The notes under the pieces were generated by a model, which was not told where the DNA came from, did no database searches, and worked only from the letters and a program-made list of their open reading frames with translations. The position numbers and the translations under genes are program-made. A DNA stretch of 63,997 nucleotides, counting the filler, from Basidiobolus ranarum (lineage: Eukaryota), in the NCBI GenBank assembly GCA_040143965.1. It is 7 parts of 7 records of this genome, joined end to end, with 100 filler letters (N's around TTAATTAATTAA, not from the genome) between each part and the next. Parts side by side here need not be neighbours in the genome. Positions count along the whole stretch, not along the records: positions 18,606 to 27,800 come from JASJQH010007737.1; positions 27,901 to 37,092 come from JASJQH010007738.1; 5 more parts are not named here. One strand, given 5' to 3'. Of the stretch, positions 26,701-37,192 are shown one piece after another (the first letter of the stretch is position 1; every line of letters begins with the position of its first letter).

Positions 26701-26919
26701 ATGATTACTAAACATGCTCCTTACATGGGTGAACGTGGTTACGGTTTCACTCAAGCTATGCAACGTGCTCGTCTTCCTTATCGTACTAGAAACGTTGTAA
26801 CCGGTGTGGTTCTTTTCGGCTTTGTTACTTCAGTTTATTATTACTCGGTAGCTGCTGTGAAACAAGACGATTTTGACGACATTCCACTACCACCAGTTCC
26901 AGAGAAAACTAACCAATAA
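26701..26919 (+). CDS. COA3: Cytochrome c oxidase assembly factor Coa3
   Basis: FTQAMQRARLPYRTRNVVTG-TM-YYYSVAAVKQDDFDDIPLPP matches the fungal Coa3 pattern. Confidence 0.8.
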   Translation: MITKHAPYMGERGYGFTQAMQRARLPYRTRNVVTGVVLFGFVTSVYYYSVAAVKQDDFDDIPLPPVPEKTNQ

Positions 26920-27223
26920 CTGCTTCACTTGAACCTGTATGTAAAAGAGGAGACTACCTTTTGAACCTTTTATTTTCAACTATACCTTGGTTTCCTTCTT
27001 GTTGCATATATAGTAAAAAATAAATGGACCTTTTGAATTGGTCAGTTTTCTCTTGACTAGAAAGTAGAAGTTCATATCATTTATAATGTAAGGATATACT
27101 ATTCGTAATTTAAAAAATATTCAAGGTTAACAAGATATATACTTTAATGCAATATGAAGGGTATCGAATCCTTTTATTTACCACGTTATGGAGGATTAAA
27201 AATTTACATAGTAGCATAGATGT

Positions 27224-27800
27224 TTATAATATTAAGGGAGTATCGGTGACGGATAATTGAATAGAATCTAAATATTCCATCTCGGGAAAGAAACCATTCC
27301 ACCATTTTTTCATGGATCTAACTGGTGTTATATGACAATTATGATAGGAACCTCTTTCTTTAACAGAGGCCAACCATGGTTGAAAATAGAACCACTTATC
27401 TCCACAAGAACCAGAATCTAAGTAAAGTATGATGATTTTGCTACTTTCCTTAATAGCTACGGAGTTCATGATTGACTGATCCTTGCCTACGAAGTGTCCT
27501 TGACGGAGATAGTAATCATGGGTGTCATAAAAGGTATCTGACCACCATACAACGAGCTCTTTACGGCCACCAAAAAAAGTGCCTAAGCAGTTAAAGTCAA
27601 TATCATACTTTACAAAGGACACTAACATAGGTTGCACTTACCTTCAATGAGGTCAAAATCAACAGGCCCATCGTTATATCGCCAAGATTTTAGTTTTTCA
27701 TCAGGTGGGTACACAACACCCAAAAGTAAACTATCCATACCGGTCTGGGCTTTCCCTTCAGCAAACACTTCATGAACTCTAATAGGATCAGGCCAATTGC
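27224..27800 (-). CDS. Putative HtrL/YibB-like glycosyltransferase, 3' part (intron 27583-27641)
   Basis: LIE|GTFFGG...FVGKDQSIMN...DKWFYFQPWLA; family assignment from recalled motif resemblance. Confidence 0.5.
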
Positions 27801-27900
27801 NNNNNNNNNNNNNNNNNNNNNNNNNNNNNNNNNNNNNNNNNNNNTTAATTAATTAANNNNNNNNNNNNNNNNNNNNNNNNNNNNNNNNNNNNNNNNNNNN
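27801..27900. other. Artificial contig linker
   Basis: 100-nt block of Ns with central TTAATTAATTAA. Confidence 0.99.
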
Positions 27901-28168
27901 ACTCCAGATCTCCTTACATTAGTTAAGAAACTACAAAAGTAGTTATGGCTTCTTTGTTTTGTTTGAAATAAAGATTTCACCTTTTGGTGACTGTCTCCCC
28001 CCCTAACCCTATATAGATGCTTAGGCAAAGCTAATTTCTACATTAAGAAGCCCTACCTGACTCCCTTATAGCTTACCGTTCTACACGTTGAAAGTGCTTA
28101 GGGTTATGGTGTACTGTGGTCATAATAATTTTTAAGTGACGATATGATTTTTCAGGTATTAAGTGATA

Positions 28169-28368
28169 GTTTGTGGCACGAGTTATTGCGCTCCTCCCCA
28201 TCAATAGACACGAAGGCCTGATTTCAAAGAGAACCGCACCCAACCCATTCCTATATTTTTCAATCTTCAATTTATATACGGCCTAGTGCTTAATCGACGG
28301 ACTCCTACGCGGAGCCATCATCGCAAAGGTGCTTTTAGATAAATTGTGATAAATGCGTTGTAAGGATT
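28169..28368 (-). ncRNA. Box H/ACA snoRNA, snR37/SNORA10-like, copy 1
   Basis: Hairpin-H box (AAAATA)-hairpin-ACA+3 nt; 3' pocket TGGGTG/CAAT complementary to LSU GGAUUG-U-UCACCCA, 14 nt from ACA; near-identical to copies at 32631 and 36899. Confidence 0.75.
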
Positions 28369-28386
28369 GGTTAAAGCATTGTAGCC

Positions 28387-28418
28387 ATATATATTGTGAA
28401 TACGTCTTCAGTGGGATT
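28387..28418 (-). promoter_or_regulatory. AATCCCAC + TATA upstream module of snoRNA copy 1
   Basis: GTGGGATT at 28411-28418 and ATATATA at 28387-28393; same motifs upstream of the other two copies in otherwise divergent flanks. Confidence 0.6.
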
Positions 28419-28598
28419 AGATTTATTCCTGGCGAGAAGTAAAATAACTGATATATCATTTAAGTCTAGAACGCACTTGGTCTGGAACGTATTTGGTAAA
28501 TTCACAAGTGTTCACTAGATTGTGCATAGATCTGAGTAATCTTAAGTGAGCCATATTATAGTGCACAGTCTATATTAAAGTTATTTTGCAGATGATAT

Positions 28599-29624
28599 TT
28601 AGTTTTCCTCAATAAAGCCACCCATCATAAACTCCATAATCTTCTTTGCTAGCCAGATACTATCATCAGAAACATTGAGCTGTTGGTATACTTCATTGGC
28701 TAACTCTGGCGACAAACTCCCGGCCTTTTCTTTAAAACGAGTGATCTCTTCAACGATGCTTGGTGTGAATTCGGGATGTCCTTGAATAGTGAAGATATGG
28801 TTGGGCTTCAACATTGCTTGAACTTCACATAAATTTGAAGAGCACAACACTTCTAAACCAGGTGGGCTATAGGTCACTATGTCCTGATGTACTTGTTGTA
28901 GTTTCTAAGATAGTAATATCATTTAAAATACAATAACTTTCGATAAAAGAAGCATAAGTGACATACCAAACTATCTCTGTTGGTTTTAAGTAGCTTCTTT
29001 CCTGCGGTATTAAGTTGGACTTCGGTGAGGCCAATCTAAGGTGAAACCATTTAGAAATAAAAGGTTATACGCGTATGCTTATTCAATATCCTACCTCCCA
29101 ACCTTTCTTGTTTTTTGCAACTGTACCGCCCATAGCGCGTGCAATTAATTGGTGCCCAAAGCATACTCCGACCAATTTACATTCTGGTACATCTGTGATT
29201 AATTGCTTGAGATATTCGTTCAAGTGGAAAATCCAAGGTTCGTCACTAGCGGCAGAAGCGGCTAAGAATAGAACGTAAAGTATAAATAAAGATTTTAACT
29301 TGAACCACCATAAAGTTCCGTTAGATTCATACCAGATCCGGAGAGAATAATCCCTTGAAAACCAGAGTGTTCAGAGGGATATTGCATTTTGGTAACATCA
29401 AAGTTTTCCCATTCTACCTTGATATTTCTCCCCGATAGAGCGATGGCCTTGCGTAGCATTTCTGGGAATATCTTAGTATAATCCCCGTGTTGCTCAACAA
29501 CATTAGCGGGTGGGGTATCAGCAACGAGAAGAGCAATCCTTAAGGTAGTAGAATGCTCGGAGATATTTGTGGTAGGTTGAAGTCTCTCCATTTTAGACTC
29601 AAGGTTCATAAGTTCAGCTTCCAT
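28599..29624 (-). CDS. Class I glutamine amidotransferase-like protein (YLR126C-like), multi-exon
   Basis: GIILSGS, LVGVCFGHQLIARAMGG nucleophile Cys, TIQGHPEF. Confidence 0.88.
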
Positions 29625-30390
29625 TTTTCTTTGTATTGTAAAGTTACGGTTGCAAAGGCTAGTCAGATATATATAACTTCTCGAGGTTTTGTGTACTCTT
29701 GGGCCGAATCCTGGATTGCTTCCGTAATCCAATCTTGAGTTTTTGCCAGATCTGTTCTAGCGCAAATCAATCCAATAAGCAGCCTTATTTAGCGCCTCTA
29801 TCGTTTATCCGATGTACCTATTGACCATTTTTACCAAAAGTTGACTATTAATTTACTCAATAAAAGAAGAAGCGACATAAACATTCTAAATGTGATTCGA
29901 AATGGAGCAAGTGTGTAAAATGGTCGATAATCGGATAGGGTTAGGATCGATGGTAGCCAATCATACGAATAGCATCAACAAAAGTCCATAATTCCTATGT
30001 GGCTAATATACTAATATCAGTATCTGAGCATTGGAGAAGATACCATATCACGTGAACCAAGGTTAGATATTTCATGGCTTTGTTTGTTCAAGAAAGAATC
30101 CAGTTCGTTTCAGGGAGCACTTTGTACGCAACGTTGACATAATCAAATCATGACCTGGTATCATATTTATAAACTATCAATTGTCTTTATAGTTTAAGGA
30201 GGATGGAATATTTTGAGAAGCAATCTAAGCCACCATTCATTGAATCTAATAGTGAAGGATTTGACTGAACCGATGGATGGCTTAGCTGTCAACAAAAGTA
30301 TAAAATCTCCTACAATCCGTAACCATTCCAACGCAACAATAAATATTTCAATAACTACACATCTTTAACTTTCTTGATAGTTAGAACACT

Positions 30391-31623
30391 ATGAAATCCC
30401 TTTTGTTCCTACAACTAGCTCTGCTTTCTAGCGCCGCCGTAGTGAAATATCCTAACTCCGGTCGCTCACGTGGAAGCAGTAACTCAGTTTTCGATATTTT
30501 AGCCGAGGACAACCGTTTTTACGACTTCTTGGATGTGCTATCTAAAGAACGTAGTTTGACTGATGATTTACAAGATAGTAAGCAGGAGGTCACTGTATTC
30601 GCTCCAACTAACCAGGCATTTGAGAAACTGCGAAACACATACCAGGGTAACCTTCCACGTGAGGAACTAAGAGATGCCGTCCGTTATCATTTTATTCCTG
30701 AGTGGCTCGAATATGAAGATTTAAGAGAAGAGAAATTGATAGAAACGCAATTGAGGCCACGCGGATTGGACGGAGAATATCAGAAAATTCGCGTTGTACG
30801 TAGAGAAGGGCATGTCGTATTGAATAATCTAGTATCAATTAGTGAAGCTGATTTGGAAGCTAGAAACGGGATTGTTCACGCTGTAGATGATGTCCTACTA
30901 CCTCCACCAAAGGTTACTGATTTGATTTTCCGTATGGCAAATAAGTTCTCTACTTTTAGTGCCGCTCTTCAAAGGACAGGTCTGAATGATGATTTTGAGA
31001 GAGAGAAAGGAATAACCGCCTTTGTACCTACAAACTCTGCATTCAGAAAATTAGGCTGTCGTGCTCTAAATTACCTATTTGGTGAGGAGGGTGAAAAAGA
31101 TCTAAGAAGAATTCTTGAATTCCACTTTTCTCCAGAACTAGTCTATGGTACAGAGATTGAGGAACAAGCTGGTCATCGTGGAGGCAGCAAGGATCGTAAC
31201 AGATGGAATCGTGGTCGACGAGGCGGTCGGGATGATGATGATGATGACTATGGTCGGGGTAGGCGTAGAGGCGGTCGCCGCGGCTCTGACTGGGAAGAGG
31301 ATCGTGATTTGGATAGCAAAGTAACTCCTGCTTTTAACCTGAACTATCCTCGAGGTAGCCAAGGTAACCGTAGAGGTCGCTCAGGTTATAATGATGTTAC
31401 TGAATTACCATCATTCTTGCGTGGAGAGAAAATTTATCTCGAAGTGAAGAAAACACCTAGTCGTAGAGTTTATATTAATGTTAACGATGAAGCACGTGTA
31501 ATCTTCTCCGATATTCCATCTGAAAATGGCGTCTTTCATGCGATTGACCAAGTTTTATTACCTGAAAATTTGGATATCCCTGACTACGACTGGTTTGATA
31601 ACGATGATCAATGTGATTTCTAA
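30391..31623 (+). CDS. Secreted fasciclin (two FAS1 domains) with an RGG/Asp-rich insert
   Basis: Signal peptide; TVFAPTNQAF...NGIVHAVDDVLLP and TAFVPTNSAF...NGVFHAIDQVLLP. Confidence 0.9.
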   Translation: MKSLLFLQLALLSSAAVVKYPNSGRSRGSSNSVFDILAEDNRFYDFLDVLSKERSLTDDLQDSKQEVTVFAPTNQAFEKLRNTYQGNLPREELRDAVRYHFIPEWLEYEDLREEKLIETQLRPRGLDGEYQKIRVVRREGHVVLNNLVSISEADLEARNGIVHAVDDVLLPPPKVTDLIFRMANKFSTFSAALQRTGLNDDFEREKGITAFVPTNSAFRKLGCRALNYLFGEEGEKDLRRILEFHFSPELVYGTEIEEQAGHRGGSKDRNRWNRGRRGGRDDDDDDYGRGRRRGGRRGSDWEEDRDLDSKVTPAFNLNYPRGSQGNRRGRSGYNDVTELPSFLRGEKIYLEVKKTPSRRVYINVNDEARVIFSDIPSENGVFHAIDQVLLPENLDIPDYDWFDNDDQCDF

Positions 31624-32346
31624 GTTATTTTTTTATGTTGCCCCTATACCACTGAATGGAAAAAAACACGGTAAACTGAAATACTATGTAACTTTTTTAT
31701 GGAGCTAAAGAATACCCTTGGTTACTAAAAGCATGTAAAAAACCCCGCTATATAAATGTTGAATATGTGATCAGTGATAAACAATAAAACTCATTCAATC
31801 GGAAAACTATGGATATTGAATGGAGCGAAAACCAAGTCTGAATATAAAATCATAACCCGGTATTCCACATAAGGAGATTTCGGGGATAGGCCCCGGAATA
31901 TTGTAGTGTTACAGATGCTTAAAAAACATAGCAGTATGAGTAACTTCGTTTGTGTGAATTCTTCAAGGCATTTGATAGCAATATTGCAACTTTACTATAG
32001 AGAAACGTGATGATTTACACTTGGATCCTGGCCTCGCATTCTAATTATCATAACATCAACGTCATCTCTGGTTTCATAATTTTCTCACCCTAAAGTCCAA
32101 CCAAATATGACCAACATTGAGTGGCAATACTTGTCCTTCAATCAAAATGCTCTGGTACCAAGTTAAAATTACGATTCATATTTTCGTACTTCCAACCTTC
32201 CTGACATATAGCAATTCCACATTTAATCCGATAACAATTCAAACTAAAAATATCCAAAATGATTGAAGCGATTTCTAAACAAAACTTTGCGCTAATCTAA
32301 CTAAAAGAAAATTGAGGTAACATATATAAAAGTCACATAAAAACGA

Positions 32347-32417
32347 TGCGCCGTCCGGGAATCGAACCCGGGGCTAAAGCTTGGGAAGCTTCAATTCTAC
32401 CACTGTACTAACGGCGC
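32347..32417 (-). tRNA. tRNA-Gly(CCC), intronless
   Basis: GCGCCGT acceptor stem, anticodon arm GAAGC-TTCCCAA-GCTTT, GGTTCGATTCC T-loop, downstream T-run. Confidence 0.95.
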
Positions 32418-32630
32418 TTTTATATTTTGAAGAAACTCATTCAATATCCCTATCTTCATTCTATCGTAAAGTAGTCAGAGAGTATTGATCTCTGGTGATA
32501 CTCATACTTTGATGCATACTATACGTTCAAATACAAATACATCCCAGCTCCTTGAGTCCTGTCGTAGTAACCATATACAAGGTTATATTAGAAATAATAG
32601 TTTGAATGATTTTAAAGTAATAAGGGGATA

Positions 32631-32830
32631 GTTTGTGGCACGAGTTATTGCGCTTCTCCCCATCAATAGACACGAAGGCCTTATTTCAAAGAGAACCGCA
32701 CCCAACCCATTCCTATATTTTTCAATCTTCAATTTATATACGGCCTAGTGCTTAATCGACGGACTCCTACGCGGAGCCATCATCGCAAAGGTGCTTTTAG
32801 ATAAATTGTGATAAATGCGTTGTAAAGATT
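32631..32830 (-). ncRNA. Box H/ACA snoRNA, snR37/SNORA10-like, copy 2
   Basis: 200 nt, differs from copy 1 at about 3 positions; same ACA, H box and pockets. Confidence 0.75.
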
Positions 32831-32850
32831 AGCATAGATTTCAACTCTGC

Positions 32851-32880
32851 TTATATTGTAAAACATCGGATAGTGGGATT
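32851..32880 (-). promoter_or_regulatory. AATCCCAC + TATA upstream module of snoRNA copy 2
   Basis: GTGGGATT at 32873-32880 (same -43..-50 offset as copy 1) and TTATA at 32851-32855. Confidence 0.6.
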
Positions 32881-33691
32881 GAAATGATTACCTCAGTAAT
32901 TGAATTAATCCTATAGCACCATACTAAAGCAGCAATATCGGTCAGGACAACCTGTTTAACATTGTCACACAGAAAATGGAAGTTGCCTAGTGGCTAATAA
33001 TAGTGCTTTACTAATTCGAGTTATTTACTCACCAACAGATAATGGTTAAGCGATGGCAGAATTGATCATGTCGGGTTAAGCTATAATACCTAGAAATCAT
33101 GGTTTTCACTGCAGAGTCAAGATAGCCAATGGAACAAGGGTTAGGGTTACGGTATATATTAAAGGGCTAAATAGCGACATGGATTGTTTTCCATCTAGAA
33201 TTTATCAGATGACCAGAACACAAATCAGCTAAGGGAGCAATATAATGTCAAAGTATCAATAGAACAATACAATCAGAGAATTTTTTCAATCGAATTCTTA
33301 AGGACTTCAACTTTTTTCGTTACTAATAATTGGATAGATACTCCCCTGCTTATTGAATGACCCCAAAAAGTTCAGTTTTAATATGATAATATTCAAAGTT
33401 CAATCATGTCTTAAGTAGTAAATTGGTCACCTAAAATCGTAAGCTGCATCAAATAGTCAGTAGGTTACGACTTAGATTTTTTTATATAATTAGCGGTCCT
33501 CATTTTTTACGACTTAGAATTTTTTTCCCTCTCTTCCTCTTCAATTTTTTATCTGACTTTCCCCTCCTATACCTTCATTTATTCAGTGATAGTTCGCTTT
33601 TGACAACTCTCGCTGAAAGCCGTATTGTTCTTCCCCTTTAGTTTCATCCAAATTTCCCACTTTTTCCTCGGCTAAAAACCGTCCTGTTACT

Positions 33692-36605
33692 ATGTCTGAT
33701 TCAGAAGACGACGTTCCCCTCGGCTATAAAGCCCAACGTAAACTTCAAGTAACTTCGGATTATGACTCTGACGACGATGTTCCACTTCAAAAGCGTTCCC
33801 AAGTCAACACGTCCGTAAAGAAAGAAGGTATTTTCCTTTTGTCGTTTTATTCATCTTTGGTGCTCCAACAGCGTTGACACACGACGTGTATCACTATTAT
33901 ATAGTATAAAGTTGAAAATTATCCAAATAACCTCTTTTTTAACGTGTTTTTATTTACACAGAAGCATCTTCCGCAACATTACCAGCGTTGTCCAACGGTT
34001 CTAACGGTGTGAAGAGGAAACCGGAAGTACAAAAGGTATAGCTATGTTTTACTTGGTCATGTTCAGTACACGTTGAAGTCTATCTTCTAAATTAGGAAGT
34101 CACTAGATTTGTGAACCTATCGCTAGGGATATAATTTATCCCACCAATTACGAATTGATCCCAATTCATTTTAGAATACACTGTTTAACCTATGTACTCT
34201 TGTTTCTAATCAACCTAGGATTCGCGTAAAAAAATCAAAACAGAAGATTCCTCTGATGATGAACCTTTGGTAAACTTCATATTTTCTATTGATATTGAAA
34301 GTTTTACGCGTTTTAAACTAGAATTTTCCCTTCCAAATTCTACCATTTAGGTTAAGCGTGTTTCTCGAGTTAAATCAGAACCTAATTCTAATAAGCCTTC
34401 TGCTAACGCAGCTAAAAAACGTGTCAGCAGTGTTAAGGATGAGTCCGATGATGATGTACCTTTGGCTAAGAAAACCGCCAAAACTACAGTTAAAAAGGCT
34501 ACACCTCGCGTGAAAAAAGAGGCTACTCCAAGCACTCCTTCTGGTCGCGGAAAGAAGACTAACGAGGAGACACCATCCAAAGACAAGGGCAAAGTGAAAG
34601 AAGAAGAGGAGGAAGAGACCTACAAATGGTGGGAAGATAGCAATCAAGATAACACCATCAAATGGAATACTTTACAACATAATGGTGTCTTATTTCCACC
34701 CGATTATATCCCTCATGGGGTGAAAATGAAGTATGAAGGTAAAGTAATCGAGTTACTACCGGAAGCTGAAGAGGTTGCCGGTTTCTTTGCTGCCTTACTT
34801 GGCTCAGATCATGGAAATAATCCCACATTCCAAAAGAATTTCTTTAACGATTGGACCGAGTTGATCAAGAAGGTATATGCAGAGAAGAATCAAACCCCAC
34901 CTCCCATTAAAGAGTTTTCGAAATGCGATTTCACTCCTATGTTTGAACACTTTCAACGTGAAAAAGAAGCCAAGAAATCCATGACCAAAGAAGAAAAGGC
35001 GGAAATAAAGGCGCAAAAATTACTCATTGATGAGAAATACGGTTACGCCATTCTAGACGGAAGAAGAGAGAAAGTTGGTAACTTCAGAATTGAACCTCCA
35101 GGTCTGTTTCGTGGTCGTGGTGAGCATCCTAAAACTGGATGTCTCAAGCAACGTGTTCAACCTGAACAAGTCACCATCAATATCGGAAAAGAGGCAAAGT
35201 TGCCTGAAGCACCACCTGGCCATCAATGGGGTAAAATCATTCATGACAATACAGTTACATGGCTAGCTATGTGGAAAGAGAATGTCAACGACAATATCAA
35301 GTACGTTTTCTTGGCTGCTGGCAGTTCCCTTAAGGGTCAGAGTGATTTAAAGAAATTTGAAAAGGCACGAAACCTTAAAAAACTTGTGGGAAAGATTCGA
35401 CGCGATTATATGAACGATTTGAAAGACAAGGTGATGGCTACAAGACAACGAGCCACAGCCTTGTACTTGATCGATAGACTTGCGCTCAGAGCTGGTAATG
35501 AAAAGGGTGATGATGAAGCTGATACTGTCGGTTGTTGTTCCTTACGGTATGAACATATTGAATTGGTTCCTCCCAATACAGTTGTGTTTGATTTCTTGGG
35601 TAAAGATTCTATCAGATATTATAACGAAGTCAATGTCGACGAGCAAGTATTCAAAAATTTGAAATTGTTCAAGAAGCCACCCAAGGGCGAAGGTGATGAT
35701 CTTTTCGATCGACTTACCACCCAATCACTTAATAAGCACTTGTCTTCCCTCATGCCTAGTCTTACCGCCAAAGTATTCCGTACTTACAATGCGTCTTTCA
35801 CGTTTCAAGATGAGCTCAAGAAGACTCCTGTCGATGGAACGATCGCTGAGAAGTTGTTGGCTTACAACCGTGCCAATCGACAAGTGGCAGTTTTATGTAA
35901 CCATCAAAGGAGTGTTAGTAAAGCTCATGGTGCCCAGATGACTAGAATTCAAGATAAATTAAGGGCACTTAAATACCAACGTCGTCGCCACAAGCAACAA
36001 TTGGCCTTGATGGATCCTAAACTCAAGAAAAAGCGCCCTGAGCTTTTTGAGCCTGAGTCGGATCTTGAAGATGAGTGGGTTGAGGAGTATGAGAAAGACA
36101 TGCTAGAGAAAGAGCGTGAAAAGATCAAGGCGAAGTTCGAAAAGGATAACCAAGTGCTTAAGGAAAACAAGGAAAAACCACTTCCACAATCTGAACTCAA
36201 GGAGTTGTTGTCCAAGGTGGATGAGAAAGCAAAGGAGTTGAAACAAGAGAAGAAAACAGGAGAGGTTTACGCTATCAAAAAGAATGCTACCGTGGAAAGA
36301 TTAGAGACTGCGATTAGTAAACTTACCGAGAGAATTTTGACTACCAAAACCACTATGGTGGATAAAGATGAAAACAAAACCACTGCTCTTGGTACATCCA
36401 AAATCAACTACATCGATCCCCGTATTTCTGCTGCTTGGTGCAAGAAGTATGATGTTCCTTTGGAGAAGATTTTCAACAAGAGTTTAAGAGATAAGTTCAA
36501 GTGGGCTATGGATGTTGATGATGATTGGGTAAGTTGATTTAGAGGATTCCATTGTAACTAACCCTACATGATACTAACGAACTTTTTAACATCTAGGAAT
36601 TTTAA
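33692..36605 (+). CDS. TOP1: DNA topoisomerase IB, 5 exons
   Basis: KWNTLQHNGVLF, EPPGLFRGRGEHPK, LALRAGNEK, ADTVGCCSLR, catalytic SKINYIDPR; micro last exon GAA TTT TAA at 36597-36605. Confidence 0.98.
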
Positions 36606-36898
36606 AATATCTGTTATTTCAACAAACAATTGACGCTCTATTTTCCTATTATTGTTGATGACAATCGAGTTAGAAACAGTGTTGACTCACGACCTCTTCA
36701 TCCAACTTTTGGAGACTTTAAGTGATTTTCACCTTTTTTATACATAGTATTTATATTTGTTGTAGAATAAAAATTATCCACTCCAAACCATTTTACTCGA
36801 TATAAAAATCTTCCTAATTATCCATAACGAAATTATCAACAATCCCACACTTTCATTTATATCCTATTTTATATATCAGTCAAGTTTCAAATATGATG

Positions 36899-37092
36899 AA
36901 TCTTTACAACGCATTTATCACAATTTATCTAAAAGCACCTTTGCGATGATGGCTCCGCGTAGGAGTCCGTCGATTAAGCACTAGGCCGTATATAAATTGA
37001 AGATTGAAACAAATAGGAATGGGTTGGGTGCGGTTCTCTTTGAAATCAGGCCTTCGTGTCTATTGATGGGGAGAAGCGCAATAACTCGTGCC
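36899..37092 (+). ncRNA. Box H/ACA snoRNA, snR37/SNORA10-like, copy 3 (cut by the gap just before the ACA box)
   Basis: Inverted near-identical copy; H box AAACAA at 37007-37012; AATCCCAC at 36841-36848 and TATATAT at 36870-36876 upstream. Confidence 0.7.
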
Positions 37093-37192
37093 NNNNNNNN
37101 NNNNNNNNNNNNNNNNNNNNNNNNNNNNNNNNNNNNTTAATTAATTAANNNNNNNNNNNNNNNNNNNNNNNNNNNNNNNNNNNNNNNNNNNN
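37093..37192. other. Artificial contig linker
   Basis: 100-nt block of Ns with central TTAATTAATTAA. Confidence 0.99.

Noticed and set aside
28073-28270. 65-aa ORF overlapping repeat copy 1
   Set aside because: Non-ATG start, runs out of the conserved element into divergent flank, no protein features.
28165-28368. The 200-bp repeat as a MITE, SINE, solo LTR or Helitron
   Set aside because: No terminal inverted repeats, TSD, TG...CA pair, tRNA B box or CTRR end. The H/ACA fold, rRNA complementarity and conserved upstream motifs explain it better.
36899-37092. The repeat as telomerase RNA or U17/snR30
   Set aside because: No CCCTAA-type template and no m1/m2 motifs (AUAUUCCUA, AAACCAU) in the 3' hairpin.
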